Source: Basidiobolus meristosporus CBS 931.73
Taxonomy: Eukaryota > Fungi > Basidiobolomycota
Reading direction: 5' to 3'
NCBI GenBank assembly: GCA_002104905.1
Contig: MCFE01000137.1
Location: 1 to 64,000, forward strand
Length of the DNA stretch: 64,000 nucleotides
Within the stretch, counting starts at the first letter, position 1. Each line of letters begins with the position of its first letter. Under the pieces are notes generated by a model. That model did no database searches, was not told the origin of the DNA, and worked only from the letters and a program-made list of their open reading frames with translations. This document shows positions 1 to 13,131 of the stretch, piece by piece. The position numbers and the translations under genes were made by a program.

Positions 1-109
1 CATGTAAAAGTATAAATACCACTTTTGCACTCAATAAATCATAAAGTGAGAACCACATAATCTACTTGCTCTCCCAATCACTTCTGATATCTCCAAAACT
101 CTTTCAACA
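1..109 (+). repeat. 3' part of a copia family A LTR (runs off the window start)
   Basis: AAAAGTATAAATAC...CAATAAATCA...CCCAATCACTTC...CAACA matches the 3' third of the LTRs at 32932-33261 and 37209-37556. Confidence 0.8.
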
Positions 110-2602
110 AATATTCTACTTCTACCGTCTACACTATTGGAGAGATATCAAATCTTCCATCTCTTTAAATTACTATCAACACTAGCCAAAAATTTGCAAC
201 AATAGAATGAGACCTTGGTGTGAACTTTGCTCAAGGAAAATAAAGTGATGATAGTTAGCCTAAATGATCTTCGAACTCTGAAATGATCTATGGCCACACA
301 AAGATAATATCGTTTTAGCTTGCAGGTTCACGGGATCAAAATGGAGTATCAATACTTAATGTTAAACTGAATAAAATTAAATATTGGACTACATTAATGA
401 AGACAGTGAAAAGCTTGGGGTCGCTTGGGCAACGCTTGAAACTTTTGATAGCTTTCAGGAAGTAACGCAGACACTACTATTGGCATGCAACTGGCATCAG
501 ACTAGGAGTACTTCGTTCATTCGCAAGATTCTTTCCCTTTTCTATTTGTAACTGCTGTATTGTTTCTTTTTTTATTAGTTAGCTGTTGAACCTGGTATCT
601 AAAAGAGAAAACTGAGTTTCAATGAAAATACTTTCATGCAAGCTGTCTTCACTGGATACTGATGAGCCCGAGGTGTTAGAGATAGGCTTCTTAGACCAAC
701 TCTGAGCATCACCACTAACCATAGTAAGTAATACCAGTCCGTTGATTGACTTACAACCGGCTCATAGTGGGGACACGTTGGAGTCTGATGTTACACATCT
801 AAACTTTGCACGGTTTCCCTTGTGCAAGGAACTTTATTAGACCAAGACTCCAATGTCTCTTGGGGCTAATGGGATATATTATCATCACCTGATGGGTACA
901 GCTCTACTGGCTACGAGTATATGTGCACTACACCAAAACAAAGAGGGCTGTTACTAGGCAAGCAACACCATCTTCATCATAAATTACGTCTATAATTGGG
1001 AATTAAAAATCAGTAAGAGTCGAGTACTATATCTGTTGGTTTACGTCTTGTGGCGCCCAAATATATCTCCGGTGGGATGGTTGATCCTCAAGAACGGATA
1101 CCTACCACTCGTAAGATTGAAGCCTTTCCAGAAATTGAAGAATATCCATCCTCTTAGTTTTGAAGATCATAAGTAAGAACAAGCCATAATACATAGCTTT
1201 ATAAACCCCCGTATGTCTAAGTGCACAACTAAAATGTATATTTATCACTTGGTTGTAGTATCAACAATACTGATCAATCAATTGCTACATTGTAGATGTA
1301 ACACATCTGCTCATCCTTATAGCAAACCTGGCTCCTACACATTCTTATGAATGACATATTCATCATCTAGAAATCCCTTACATTCACCAACTAATTGACC
1401 AGCCTCTTGGCATATAGCAGTTACATAGCTTCCTGCTCTTAACGTACAGTCACTTAGTAGGCAGATCCTAGGTTAGCATTGTTATAAGGGGATAACCTGG
1501 TTACTTGCGATGAGATGGATATAGGTATTGCCTGAAGTAGTAAGCTGCCCATGGGACGAGTAATATCTAACAAAAAGAATTCTAAAGCTTGGCTGTGATA
1601 ACCTGGGGATAATCAATTAGTGCGCTGATTGGGTAAGGAACAATACATAGTAGATTTGGAACATCGCGAGCACATAGTATTCTCCTGGAGCTCTGGTGTG
1701 TTTAGAGTGCTTAATAAAGCAGGTCCTTAATGGTAATTATAATTTTCAAAACATCCGTGCCACTAATGACAATCAGCATTAGTGTCTCTGTTCAAGTTTG
1801 ACCATCCAGTAGGGAAACATTGTAGACAGTCTTACTGGCAACAAGTCTAGAAGTAGCTTCCGCAATTGTATTACGTATGCAGTGTAGAATGTTCACTACT
1901 CTTCGTATCAGCAACTCTTGTGAAGAATACACTAGACATGTGCAACAAAGCACCCCGATATGATGCCATAGTATGTAGAAATTCGAATTGGTCTATCTTC
2001 GAGCGGGTGTTTGTAGTAACTCTGACTATATTCGTCAGTATAAATGGAATATTTACAACAAATCATCCATGCGCAGGTATGCAATTGATTTTGACCATCT
2101 CGCCCTATAAGCCTCGAGCCTTGCCATGTCCCAAACCGGTTTTTTACCAATGCTTGATAGAACCCAAAAGGAAAACGATAGCTGCCCACACACAACTAAA
2201 TCGAACTAGGAACTAGCTAGGTAGCATTATATAATATAGGCGAGGAATGTGGGTATTGCATTTAAGGGAACTCCAATATTGACCTACTGAGTGACCAAAT
2301 TACAATCTGTCAGAACTAGATTGCCAATCAATCAGCTATATGTTTGCGTGAACCCCAGCTCTATTAATATCAAGTTACAAGCCAATAGCTTAGAGACCAT
2401 CACCTTCACATCCCCAAACACTACAAATCTGATTGGGACCCACGATGACCGCTGGGTATACTGAACATGTTCCCATCATCCCTACTAAATTAAGTCGAGT
2501 ACGCAGTACGAGTTGGATCAGGTGACTATGGCAATTATTATAGAATGTATATAAGTCGTAGTGTTTTCGTACGTACAAGAGTTTTCTTTCGAATTTAAAA
2601 CA

Positions 2603-2986
2603 ATGCTCAAATTACTGAAACTTACGTTTGTTCTACTGGTGATCATCTTCACATCAACCATTGTATCTAGCCGGGACTGTCACAATTCAAAGCTTGAGTT
2701 GCAGGATGATGGTCTTGCTGGATTCCGCAACACTCAAGCGTACAGAAGCTATATTGTGTTCTTTAAATCCGGGACTGATCTTGATGTTGTGCTTGATGCT
2801 GAGGCTGATGTTGAATGTGCAGGAGGAATCGTTACTAACAGATATAGAGCTGGTGTGATCGGTTTTTCTGCCAGAGTTCCTGCAGACCTAATCACTACTT
2901 TTGCAACCTCTCCACATGTGCAAGTAGTTGAAGAGGACCAAGAGGTTCATGCCAACGAAGATAGTGAACAAGGCTTTGGCATCTGA
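2603..2986 (+). CDS. Secreted stand-alone peptidase inhibitor I9 (subtilisin propeptide-like) protein, 127 aa
   Basis: Hydrophobic N-terminal signal (MLKLLKLTFVLLVIIFTSTIVSS), then YIVFFK...GGIVTNRY...VIGFSARVP...PHVQVVEEDQEVHA, typical of I9. No protease domain follows. Confidence 0.8.
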   Translation: MLKLLKLTFVLLVIIFTSTIVSSRDCHNSKLELQDDGLAGFRNTQAYRSYIVFFKSGTDLDVVLDAEADVECAGGIVTNRYRAGVIGFSARVPADLITTFATSPHVQVVEEDQEVHANEDSEQGFGI

Positions 2987-3869
2987 AGCTTGCGACGGTA
3001 GAACAGCTACCTGTTGTCAAGAATGCTTAATACTGTGGAGTATATACCAACGATACTTTTCAAGCTCACCCGATTCCAACTGGGCCCGGGTTTTTTGGAG
3101 TCAGCATCTGAGAACTAGTTGACACAATAAAATCTTCATTTTAATAAAACCCAAGAGCAGGGTTTACTCTTAGCAGCCAACCTAGCCCCAAGCTGTTTGG
3201 GAGAGTAATTAAGACGAGGATGACCTGATCTCATGGAAAATCACGAGAAAATACATAGGGTGAGTGTATTAATAAGCACATCACCAGTTCACTCCATGCA
3301 CGATGGCTGATTGGCAGAATGTGATCATTATGGAGAATTGACAACAATTTCCAAGTCTACTTTCGGACGATCATAACTATGCGAATGTCAGCACTGGATC
3401 CAATGATGATTATGACTTGGATGTGGAACATGTTTTGCGTTAACCAGATTAGAGGAATATATGCTGAAGCTGTGTACATTCGCAACAACGACAAAAAAAA
3501 CAAAAACCCACACTCATACACTAAACACATACGTTTGACCACATGTAACAGGGCAGAGCGGACCAAAGGTAAGACCGAAGTACATACAACACGCTCACAG
3601 ATTCCATCTCTCAGACGACTAGCCCCCTGCGAATTTGCGCGTATAAAGCAAGACTTGTATTGTGTTGAGTTGCGATACGCCTAACAACCGCTGTAGCTTG
3701 GGTTGCTCCCAACCAGGCGATCTCAATCACCAAAGGTCCAGTATCTCACAAGCAATAAGCGACGTGCGATTGTAGTGTGTTGGTGGGCTTGATCTGCACA
3801 AAGCTGCTACATCTGCTCACTGGAGGGGATGCGAGTTACCCCTCTCAGTCGAGCATCATATAGCCAATC

Positions 3870-4293
3870 CAGTGCATACATTCGACGATGCCACAATTGG
3901 CTGCTTTGAGCACCAGGCCACATTATGGTTAGATTATTCCTTGATATGCCGAGCCAATACGGAAAGCCTATTTGCTAACAGATGGCTATTGCGGCTCCGC
4001 ACTTACGCAAGGAATCGTCAAAAAAATTGCGTGTGCCATGGCCCGCTTGAAACATGGACATCACGTAATGGAAAGTCACCATCGCGAGAATGGGACATAC
4101 CAATCTGCCAACACGTCCACGGGGAATGTGGTGGGAAGCGCAAACAGGGGGTTGGGAAGGCGTGTTTTCTGGTGTTTACTTCATTCACGCAAATCAATTG
4201 GTGAACGATGCGTGGTGCTACTTGTTGAGGGGCACATATTTGTCGTGATTGTTCGGGCAACGTGATGGCATCAGCTGCTGTCACGACGGCCAT
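3870..4293 (-). CDS. Possible spliced hypothetical gene (unidentified; 3' boundary unknown)
   Basis: Successive GTATGT, GTAAGT and GTATGC donors with downstream AG acceptors join into an open frame. No recognisable homology. Confidence 0.25.
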
Positions 4294-5042
4294 TCATTGT
4301 AGAGTCGATGGCCTTGTTGCTTACACGTTCATTATAATAATAATCGCATGAGTGGGATAATTATATTTAGTACAGGATCCGGTCGAAGCGAAACAAAGAA
4401 ATCGAATTTCCATAGAAAATCGAAATGATTGCCTACAAATAATACGTCCATCTCAAGGCGAAGGAATACGTATGCACCTAGATTGTTATCAGCTGATCCA
4501 GCTTAACCCCTTTCACGAAGGAATCTTAGCCCATGGGTCAATTAATAGAAAGGAGAGTAGGGTTGGTGCTAGTATTGTAATATATGGGGATGTAATGCAG
4601 TGAGGGAAATCAATGGTGATAGGACAATTAACTAGTAATGAAGATTATGGTGAAAATGGCAACTACTAGGATCCAATGGTATGTTGAGAATCGAGTTGTT
4701 GTGAACCCATAATTTTTTTCAACGAAAGAGAATGCGTTCGTGGGTGAATGAGTAGATGGAATTTTTCATGAATGATCACATAGATTCATTTTAGCCCTAG
4801 TAAAAATTTCCACTAGGCTCCCTATACCCTGCTATTATCAAAATTTCCCCGAATGCTAAGGTATTTTTAACGTGCGTGATCTCCCTCATAAGCTCACACC
4901 ATTTCTTAGCTTACTAGCTCTTCAAATATCCTCACCTTATCCTCACTCACATTAGTTGGATTCGACCCTCGGATTTCTCTGAGCACAAATTATCACTAAG
5001 AAACACATCGCCTTATCCCTTTGTACCATCTACACCTAAATC

Positions 5043-5637
5043 ATGCCCAAGGCAGTCAAATCTCGCGAAGAAAAGCCCTCCAAGCGTGCCGCCAAGGCCG
5101 AAGCTCCTGAGAAGAAGACCCGTAAGAAGAGAACCAAGAAGGACCCCAATGCCCCCAAGCGCGCCCTTTCCGCCTTTATGTTCTTCTCTCAAGAATGGCG
5201 TGAGAAGGTGAAGACCGAGAATCCCGACGTTTCCTTCGGTACGTGTAACCTTCGTTCAGCAGCCTTGCCCCTTTGCACTCGAAGAGGAAGGCTCCAGCTT
5301 GTCGCGCATCCATTTCTAACCGCGATTTCTTTGCATTAGGCCAAATCGGAAAGATCCTTGGCGAGAAATGGAACAAGATGGACGAGGAAGAGAAGAAGGT
5401 ATGTCTCCCCGCCCGCACCTAACCTGCATCTTGCAACCTTGCTGACCATTGCATCTTTAGCCCTTCACTGCCAAGGCTGAGGAGGACAAGAAGAGATACG
5501 AAGCTGCCAAGGCCGCCTATGAGGTGGGATTTGTTTACGCGATTTCCACGCGACTATTGGTTCACGCGATGCTAACAAACCTTTTATAGAAAAACCCATC
5601 TGGCGGGGATGACGACGAGGATGAGGAGTCCGAGTAA
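5043..5637 (+). CDS. NHP6: NHP6-like non-histone chromosomal HMG-box protein; exons 5043-5238, 5340-5398, 5461-5523, 5590-5637
   Basis: Spliced product [68 protein letters not shown], with basic N-terminus, short acidic tail and canonical introns. Confidence 0.92.
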
Positions 5638-7909
5638 ACCATGCGCCATTTCCTTGACATTAATATTCCACCAGATAAAGCTTTACCAATCCTTCCATAC
5701 TTCTCCGATCCACCTCGCTTCATAATCCTGCTTGCTGTTCATAGTTTTCTGGTCTTTTTCATGTGTGAGCATATAGGCCTACTTTGATTGTTTCTAGAAT
5801 TTAGTTGTACGTTTGTGTTCGCTTCCAGATAACTTTTATTTTCTATTTGTTGACTATGTTTTGTTTGGTAACTTCTCTATGTCAGCTCTGGGGTTATTGT
5901 AGTTCTTTTTTGATATATTAATAAACGATATTTCAAGACTTAGAGAGGTTCAGGAGAGGAGGGTCTTGCCTGTTTGATTGAAGCATCCACCCGTAACAGG
6001 TTTCCTGTAAGGCCAATTCGAAATAGGGGCGGCTGCGAATCCCATGACCAGAAGGATCCGCTAATCCGAGATTCCTGTAGGCGCAGGATTCAAGGGGAAC
6101 GTGGATTTGGCTGGCTTGATTCGAGCAAAAACGAGCCTGTGGCATCCATCCCAAGCGGTATTTACATATCGTTTACGGAATAACGATTTCGAACTGACTC
6201 ATCCGCCACCACCTATTCCAGTGGCAACAATAGCAATCGGATGATAGCAGCTGGATCCATGCCCATGCTGATCCTGATTTGAGCCGTACATACATAAACA
6301 TCAACAATGGGATCGAGGAACTTTCGCCAGCCTCGTAATTGGCTCTAGAGGCGAGAGCTATGGAAAAGGGGAGCAGGCAAATGGTTTTCACCCGCTGGTG
6401 CGGTATGTGTTATATATAGATACACATGCAGACACAGATAGATACAGACATAGATGGTGATATTGGCTTTTGAAAATCCTCCACCAGATTAGCCCAAAGC
6501 GCGCTGACATTGTGTACATCAACCACACATGTAAGCTGTGCCTTTTCCTCCGCAGGGGTCTGGCTCATGTGTACCAATTCGTCCATGGTTTTTGAAACTC
6601 GCTTGGACGTCCAGCGTGACTGATTGGTCATGAAAACGTGGGCGAGTTGATATCCATGATGCAAACAGACCACTGAGTCCTAAAACCGGCATCGCAATGG
6701 TCCTGTTAGTCGGATTGAGCATTTTTGGCTCCTAATCAGCACCCAGGATCACAGCAGCTTCTTTTCGTTGTTACAGCGTGTGAACGAGTGTGGAAATATG
6801 GCATCCCAAGCCTATGTAGCCTTTCTTGTTGCCCAAATCTAACTACCTATAGTAGACCGCGGAGAGAGATAGCGTAAATAAGGATATCAACCCACCAAAG
6901 AGGCCAGTACAGTCTTGTTCTAGAAGCCCAGCTCTAAGTTCCCATTTTGTGTGGCCAAGCGCAGCAAACTCTAATATAAGCTATGGTGCTGGTGAGGTGT
7001 TGAGCTGGCTAGTGCACATGGCAACGGACCTGGTGAATATTCGACGTCCACGTTCCAGATTTCGTACCACGTTTCACCAGCGATTTTTCTCAGCAGTATC
7101 TTGTGATAATTGATGGTTGAGCATTCCAATGGATATGGCTATTGGGATATTGATACTTGGGACGGAGGTTTATCTACCATCCGGCGCAGATTGATTAGTA
7201 TCAGCGTTTGCTTGGGAGGTGTGGTCACGATGGTAGCAACAATGAGCCTATAGCTTCTACGACAATTCTCGTGCGTGATATGAGAATTCTTTCAACGGTA
7301 CTTGTGCTACCTACGCGATAGTACAAGCAACCGAAAGAGCCAAGTAATGCATGTGCTTCTACGATATGCAACCTGACAAATTGCTTTGATATCAAGCAGC
7401 CGCCTATCCTATTTGTCACCTCCAGCTCCAGCCGATGTTTCATTTCAAGCGGTTTTCAAGATGTATGATTTGTTACCTATACCATGGAGAGTGCAACTCA
7501 ATTGTTCATCACCGCATTCAATGTGCGATTTGGAGGATTGTCTTTTTTGGGACAATTGTGAGGGTCTGGACGTTGTGTATATCGCCCAAATAGAACATCG
7601 GATTGGTGCGGCTTCATAGGTACTAATTCGTTTGGTATTCTCCAGCGTGTTTTCTCACTGGTGGGTCTAAATTTTGTTCCGAGATAGTTCCTCAGTTCGG
7701 GACTGAAAGTTTTCAAGCTGAGGATATGTCTGGCCTTTTGGTGGCAATGTATTGCACCTATACTGCTCATCCATCGCTTGGTGTACACCGCACTTATGAC
7801 AAATGATCTTTGCTCTTAAGTCAACCCTTCAGAGAGGTGGATATGCTGAAAAGATAGAAAGTTCCCAAGTTATCGTGCCGAAGTTGCTATATATTTAGAT
7901 CCACAGAGT

Positions 7910-8320
7910 GTTCACCAAAGTATGGGCTGGTAAGCTAACAAGCAAGTTGCATACTTTCTGCAAATACCCCATATCGCTTCCAAGAAACTTTTGCTGACTT
8001 CACGTTCTTCCCACAAAAAACTTAGCGTAGAATATACCATGATGGGGTGTGCATATTGAAGACCACTACAGCCCCTGTTCATTATTTTTCTAGTGATTAG
8101 AAAAGTAGTTGATTCATGTTCTTTCAGCAACAATAAAGAGATCCTATACTATATCCCAGTTGTAAATTCTTGATGGACAACATTGTGGTACAGAGTGAAA
8201 ATGACAGGAAATCTAGCCTGGAACATATTAAGACCTTCTCAAAAATGAGAATTAGATACTCTATATAGGTACAACAATGCTCATTTGCAGTTTTTTGAAG
8301 ATGAGAGTAAGACATCATAT
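7910..8320 (-). pseudogene. Degenerate Tc1/mariner-like transposase relic
   Basis: Minus-strand VIFTLYHNVVHQEFTTG resembles the mariner MLTVFFD.RGVVHHEF block. Multiple stops and frameshifts; CpG-poor. Confidence 0.35.
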
Positions 8321-8379
8321 CCAGGTGCTACATGCAGTATATAGGCCATAGTAAGCTCAGTTCCTGACTAATATATGAA

Positions 8380-8707
8380 GCCTGATCAACTTGTTTCAAT
8401 AAATCGCTATTAACTTGGTCACTTGGATCATAGTTTACAAATCTTGGAGAATTCTGCCCAAAAATACTTCGAGATTTTTCATGTCCTGGATACCTGATAT
8501 TTTGGTAAGATATTCTAAGTTTTCCAAACAGCCTCAAACTTGCACATATATTTTTGGGACCTTCCTAGGCATATTTTATGTGTTTGTTTTGCCAAGATCA
8601 TGTTAAAGCATAAACAATACTTTTATACTCAATGAATCATTAAGTAAAAACCGCATAATCTACCTGTTCTCCCAATCACTTCCAATATCTCCAAAACTCT
8701 TACAACA
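8380..8707 (+). repeat. Degenerate solo LTR, copia family A (5' boundary approximate)
   Basis: Aligns along the LTR at 37209-37556 and ends CTCTTACAACA. Confidence 0.8.
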
Positions 8708-8849
8708 GGATGTGCTGTAATACACTGACTGCTCTCATGACAATTTCCATCCTCATGGCTAATACTATCTAACCAACGTATGGTGTAAGTATAATGCTGT
8801 GTTGTAATATTATACCTGTTTGGACAACTTATTGATATATCATGTACTG

Positions 8850-8986
8850 GGTACTTGATATTTTGATGAGAATATTCAAAGTAAATCCTGACAAGGAATT
8901 TGGACAGAATTCTCTAAGATTTGTAAACTATGATCTTAGTGACCAAGTCAAGTGAATATAGAGGTATAATTGCGAAATTTACAACA
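8850..8986 (-). repeat. Partial LTR, copia family A, inverted
   Basis: Reverse complement TGTTGTAAA...ATATTCACTTGACTTGGTCACT...CCTTGTCAGGATTTAC matches the LTR 5' end at 32932. Confidence 0.7.
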
Positions 8987-9057
8987 CATCCATGCCTATA
9001 ATATATGCTCTAATACTCTACTATATCAGGAAATACTGGCTTTAGCAGTCTGGTGAT

Positions 9058-9389
9058 TGCTGTAAATATTTAGTTTGTACCTCAGCCATTCATGCAATTT
9101 TAATTTACTCAATATACTGCTGAGTGATAAATTATTTTATGGGCACTTGATTTGTAAGACTTTATCCAAGTGAATTCTTGGAAGTTATCAAGACTTTTCA
9201 AGCTCTTCCAATAGCTCTCAGACCTTGCACACCACTTCCTGAGACCTTTCTTAAAACATCCTTTTGATTTGTCTTACAAGATATCCCTAAAAGTATAAAT
9301 ACTTTATTTAAGCTCAATAAAACAGTGAATATCATGTACTTGTCCTGGTTCTCCAAATCACATTCAATACCCCATAGAATCTTGCAACA
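9058..9389 (+). repeat. Highly degenerate LTR related to copia family A
   Basis: Contains AAAAGTATAAATAC and CAATAAA; ends CTTGCAACA. Confidence 0.55.
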
Positions 9390-9853
9390 ATAATGGATGA
9401 ATTATGCTAAATTCAAATAAGTTTTTGTTGCAATACATGCAATACATAGTCCATACTGATATATGATAAATATGGCCTAGCGCCTAGTGAAATGCTATCG
9501 GAATGCAAACTGTAAGAGGATTGGTTGGTTCTAGGGTAGTTCTGGAAATGCCAAGTCGTTTTTTGAGGAAAAATAATTGAAGATGTAAAATGGAGAGTAA
9601 AGCCAGGCTGACATTATTGGGCAAATTGCGGTATCACTTTACTCCAGTCAATTGGAATAAAAATTAAATAGCACCTACACCATCTTAAAAGTGGCTGTGA
9701 GTTGGCGATTGTTTTCATTCCGTTCTATATTTATTTTGATTCTATAGAGCAAATCTGCCATCATATCATTGCGGCAGTGTGATTTTTTATGTAACAAAAG
9801 CCAATTCCTGTATTCGAATCCGACATCCATTCAACGTCTCACTACCGCACAGT

Positions 9854-11801
9854 ATGGAAACTTGGTCGGACGAGGATTTTAGTTCAGACACAAAGGGTAT
9901 AACTCAACACAAAGGCAGCAGAACCCCTCTGAGGAAAAAGAGATCAGACAATGCCCGGGAAACCGCCTCCCTTCCGTACAACGACACATGCGTGACAAAT
10001 CAAGACGTCACATCTGAAGAGCCAACTATCTCCACACCAGCAAGGGAACCGCAACCTCAACATTCTTGCACTTCGATAGGCGAAGTAAAGTTTAACATGC
10101 TATTTGGAGCTGAATGGGCCTTGGAACGGTTCTAAAGTATTTTATTTGACAGGAAATCTGTTGCCCCTTATGCAAACAAAACCTATTGGACTTCTCTCTT
10201 GAGGTAGTTTCACATAGCATAGCAGAGCATTACATCCCATCTCATATAGCAACTAATTAGGAACGCGAAGCTCATGTCAACCAGTGCCTCGATTCTTGTT
10301 TTACTCCACCGGCTTCACCGAAGCTGTCACACATCCAAGTGAAGCAGGAGATCGATGCTTTCTCCGTTCAGTCAGAAAACCAGCCAGGAGCGCCCAAAAC
10401 AAAGCCTGAAAGCTCAACAGCAGCTCCAACAAAACATGAACAGATCACACTATGGAAAAAGCTGCTTGACGGAAACTCACGACGCTCCGCCTCCAACGCT
10501 GGCGATGTCGCTGGAAAACGAAGCTTATATCACGAAAGCCAACCTCTTGAGAAGAAAATCAAGAGTGAGAATGATGGAGACAAAGGAACTAGAAAGCGTG
10601 GCTGTCCGTTCTACAAAAAGCTACCCAACACCAAGTTCACAGTGGATGCCTTTTCCTATGGCAAGATAGAAGATTGCACTGGTTATTTTCTCAGCCATTA
10701 TCACTCAGATCACTATCGCGGTATTACCAAGGGATTTAATCACGGGCCTATTTATTGTTCATCAGTAACTGGTAATTTGCTTAGGCTGCATATTGGGGTA
10801 TCTGAGGATATGATTGTGAGGTTGCCATTCAATCAGGAGGTCGATATTCAAGGGATCAAAGTGGTTTTGCTGGACGCCAACCACTGCCCTGGCTCAGCAG
10901 TTTTCTTATTTAAATTACCGAACGGTACAAACTACCTCCATACTGGTGATTTTCGTGCGTCCAAAGAGCTGGCATTGAACCCTTTCTTGAGAGCATCGCA
11001 AGAGCCGGGGGCCGGCTTCAATCGGAGCTACATCGACCATCTCTACTTGGATACCACATATTGCAAAGAACAATATAGATTTCCCTCTCAACCGGAGGTG
11101 ATCCAATATGTGTCCGATCTGATGCGGAAACGGTTTCGAGAAAATCCAAAAGTGTTGATCGCGGTTGGAACCTACCTGATCGGGAAAGAACGAATCGTGC
11201 TAGGTAAAGGAAATCCAGCCAAGCCCAAACCATTTTAGCTGGCACGAGGCTAACCAATCTGCAGGCATCGCAAATGCAATAGAAAAGAAAATCTTCGGAG
11301 ACGCCAGGAAACGAGGCACGCTGAGCCGCCTGGAATGGCCAGAATTGCAAGGCTTGCTTACCACCGAGCCAGCCTGCACCAATGTTCACATAGTCCCTAT
11401 GAGGTCACTGAATCCCGGGGTAATACCATCTAATGCTCAGTCAACATGGCCATGCTATACGGATTAATCAAACTTCGTTGCAATAGATATTGGGCAAATA
11501 CTTGAAAGAGCACGCGCCACACTTCAACGCGATTATCGGGATCAGACCAACCGGGTGGGCGTTCAAGGGTTCTGGGCTGCATGATATCAAGCCAAGGACC
11601 TACGGGAACATATCTATCTACGAGGTGCCGTATTCTGAGCACTCCAGTTACTTGGAGCTCCAAGAGTTCGTCCAAATCATTCGGCCCAGGAAAATTATTC
11701 CCACCGTGAATGTTCACTCCGAGAAAAGTCGACGGGAGATGAATGAAATCTTTCATAAGTGGACTATCGAAAACCCGTATTTCAATAAAACTGACGGTTA
11801 G
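9854..11801 (+). CDS. PSO2: DNA cross-link repair nuclease SNM1A/PSO2 (UBZ + metallo-beta-lactamase + beta-CASP); exons 9854-10084, 10153-10203, 10261-11203, 11265-11419, 11487-11801
   Basis: UBZ-like CPLCK...REAHVNQCLD; FTVDAF, FLSHYHSDHY, ANHCPGS, LHTGDFR, LYLDTTY; C-terminal YEVPYSEHSSYLEL...IIPTVN. Confidence 0.93.
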
Positions 11802-12007
11802 CAACCGGTAGCCTTAGTCGTCTTGCTCATCCAGTTGCTGCAATAGAATGTCATCAATAAAGGCCAAGAGTCTGCGCATAATCGCCATTTCAGTAATGGC
11901 TTCATATCATTTAATTAGATTGGTTGCTGTAGACAAAGTTATAAACTTGCTTGATATTTACGATTGATATTGCCCAGCTCTGGGCAGTATAAGGGGGGGG
12001 GGTGAGG

Positions 12008-12760
12008 CTAGAGATGCTCGCTTATTTGGATTGGGTACGTATTTCCGTTCCAGAAAAACGAGCGGTTCTCCAAATCTAAATGCTCGGCGAACTTCGTTAA
12101 AACGAGGGAGGACTTCAACAAAGCCATCTCGGCATGTTTTGTTTTGTTGTTGAGTGTTTTAGGGGAGGGATGGTAGATTCTACCGGATGTGCTAGACACG
12201 AGGATTTTTTCGGGGTGGAAAAGAAATCTTTTATCTCCGGCCCAGACAAGCTGTTCTCCTACAAATCCGATACAAATGACTGTTGTTAGTCCAGTGGTTT
12301 GGATGAATTGGAGAGCCAAGTTACTTAGAGGGGCTTACCATCTAAGTCGGAAAATACTATCGGTGCATCTTCACTCAGGATGTAATTCAGCTCCTTGCCA
12401 CAAGGGCTCACATAAGGATACTGTTCGTTGCGACCTGTATCGTTGACACGAAGTCTCTGGAAAAAGAAGTCCAAGAATCGCTTATCTTTGAAACCTAGAA
12501 ACCACATTCAGTCAAAGTGGAAACCAATGCCCATTTGGCTTTTGCGAAACACCGAGGGTAACTGTATATAATAGGAGAAGTAACTTACAGGTGGTGAAGT
12601 TCTTGGGCTTCGTATCCTCCAAAAACAACTGGCCATGAACGTCAATGTGATAGAAATACTCTCGAATATTGCTATAGGTTGAATACGAGCAGCTCTCTAT
12701 CTTGTGCAGCCTCACTTTTCTACATGTGGTAAGGCATGTTCTGAGTAGCGTTGGCAGCAT
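12008..12760 (-). CDS. UPF0598 / C8orf82-like protein (3 exons, N-terminus resembles a mitochondrial targeting peptide)
   Basis: REYFYHIDVHGQLFLEDTKPKNFTTC|FKDKRFLDFFFQRLRVN...YPYVSPCGKELNY...GRIYHP are characteristic family blocks. Confidence 0.88.
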
Positions 12761-13131
12761 GTTTTCTAGAAAATCTGAGGTGGTGTTTCCACAACGACAG
12801 CCCACATCTCTGCCATAATCCCTCACAGCATGATCGTATCATATGACAAGTGCACATTGAATTCGGTAGAAAAATCCGGATCGACTTTGATTGATCTAGG
12901 AACCCGATAACCTTCCACACAGATATGGAAACCTATGGGTGGATTACGAATGTTAGTGCGGGTGGTGCACGAGAAACATACAAGTTAGGCTATAATTGGC
13001 GTTTTCTTTTGAAAGGAAAAATCATTGCAGAGAGTGCATAATGAAGGAATGGCCATGGTTATATTAATCCATTCGACTCTATATGGGAGGTGGTGTCCCG
13101 ACACTTTCTATTTTTAGACATATACTTGAAT

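Noticed and set aside
600-2400. Specific transposon assignment for the CpG-poor degenerate tract
   Set aside because: It looks like an old repeat relic, but no motif was convincing enough to name a family.
5043-5637. HMG box as a mating-type (sexP/sexM or MAT1-2) gene
   Set aside because: The [16 protein letters not shown] motif, small size and acidic tail are NHP6/HMGB-type, and no typical sex-locus neighbours are present.
11993-12002. G10 run between convergent PSO2 and UPF0598 3' ends as a regulatory element
   Set aside because: A single homopolymer with no supporting structure.
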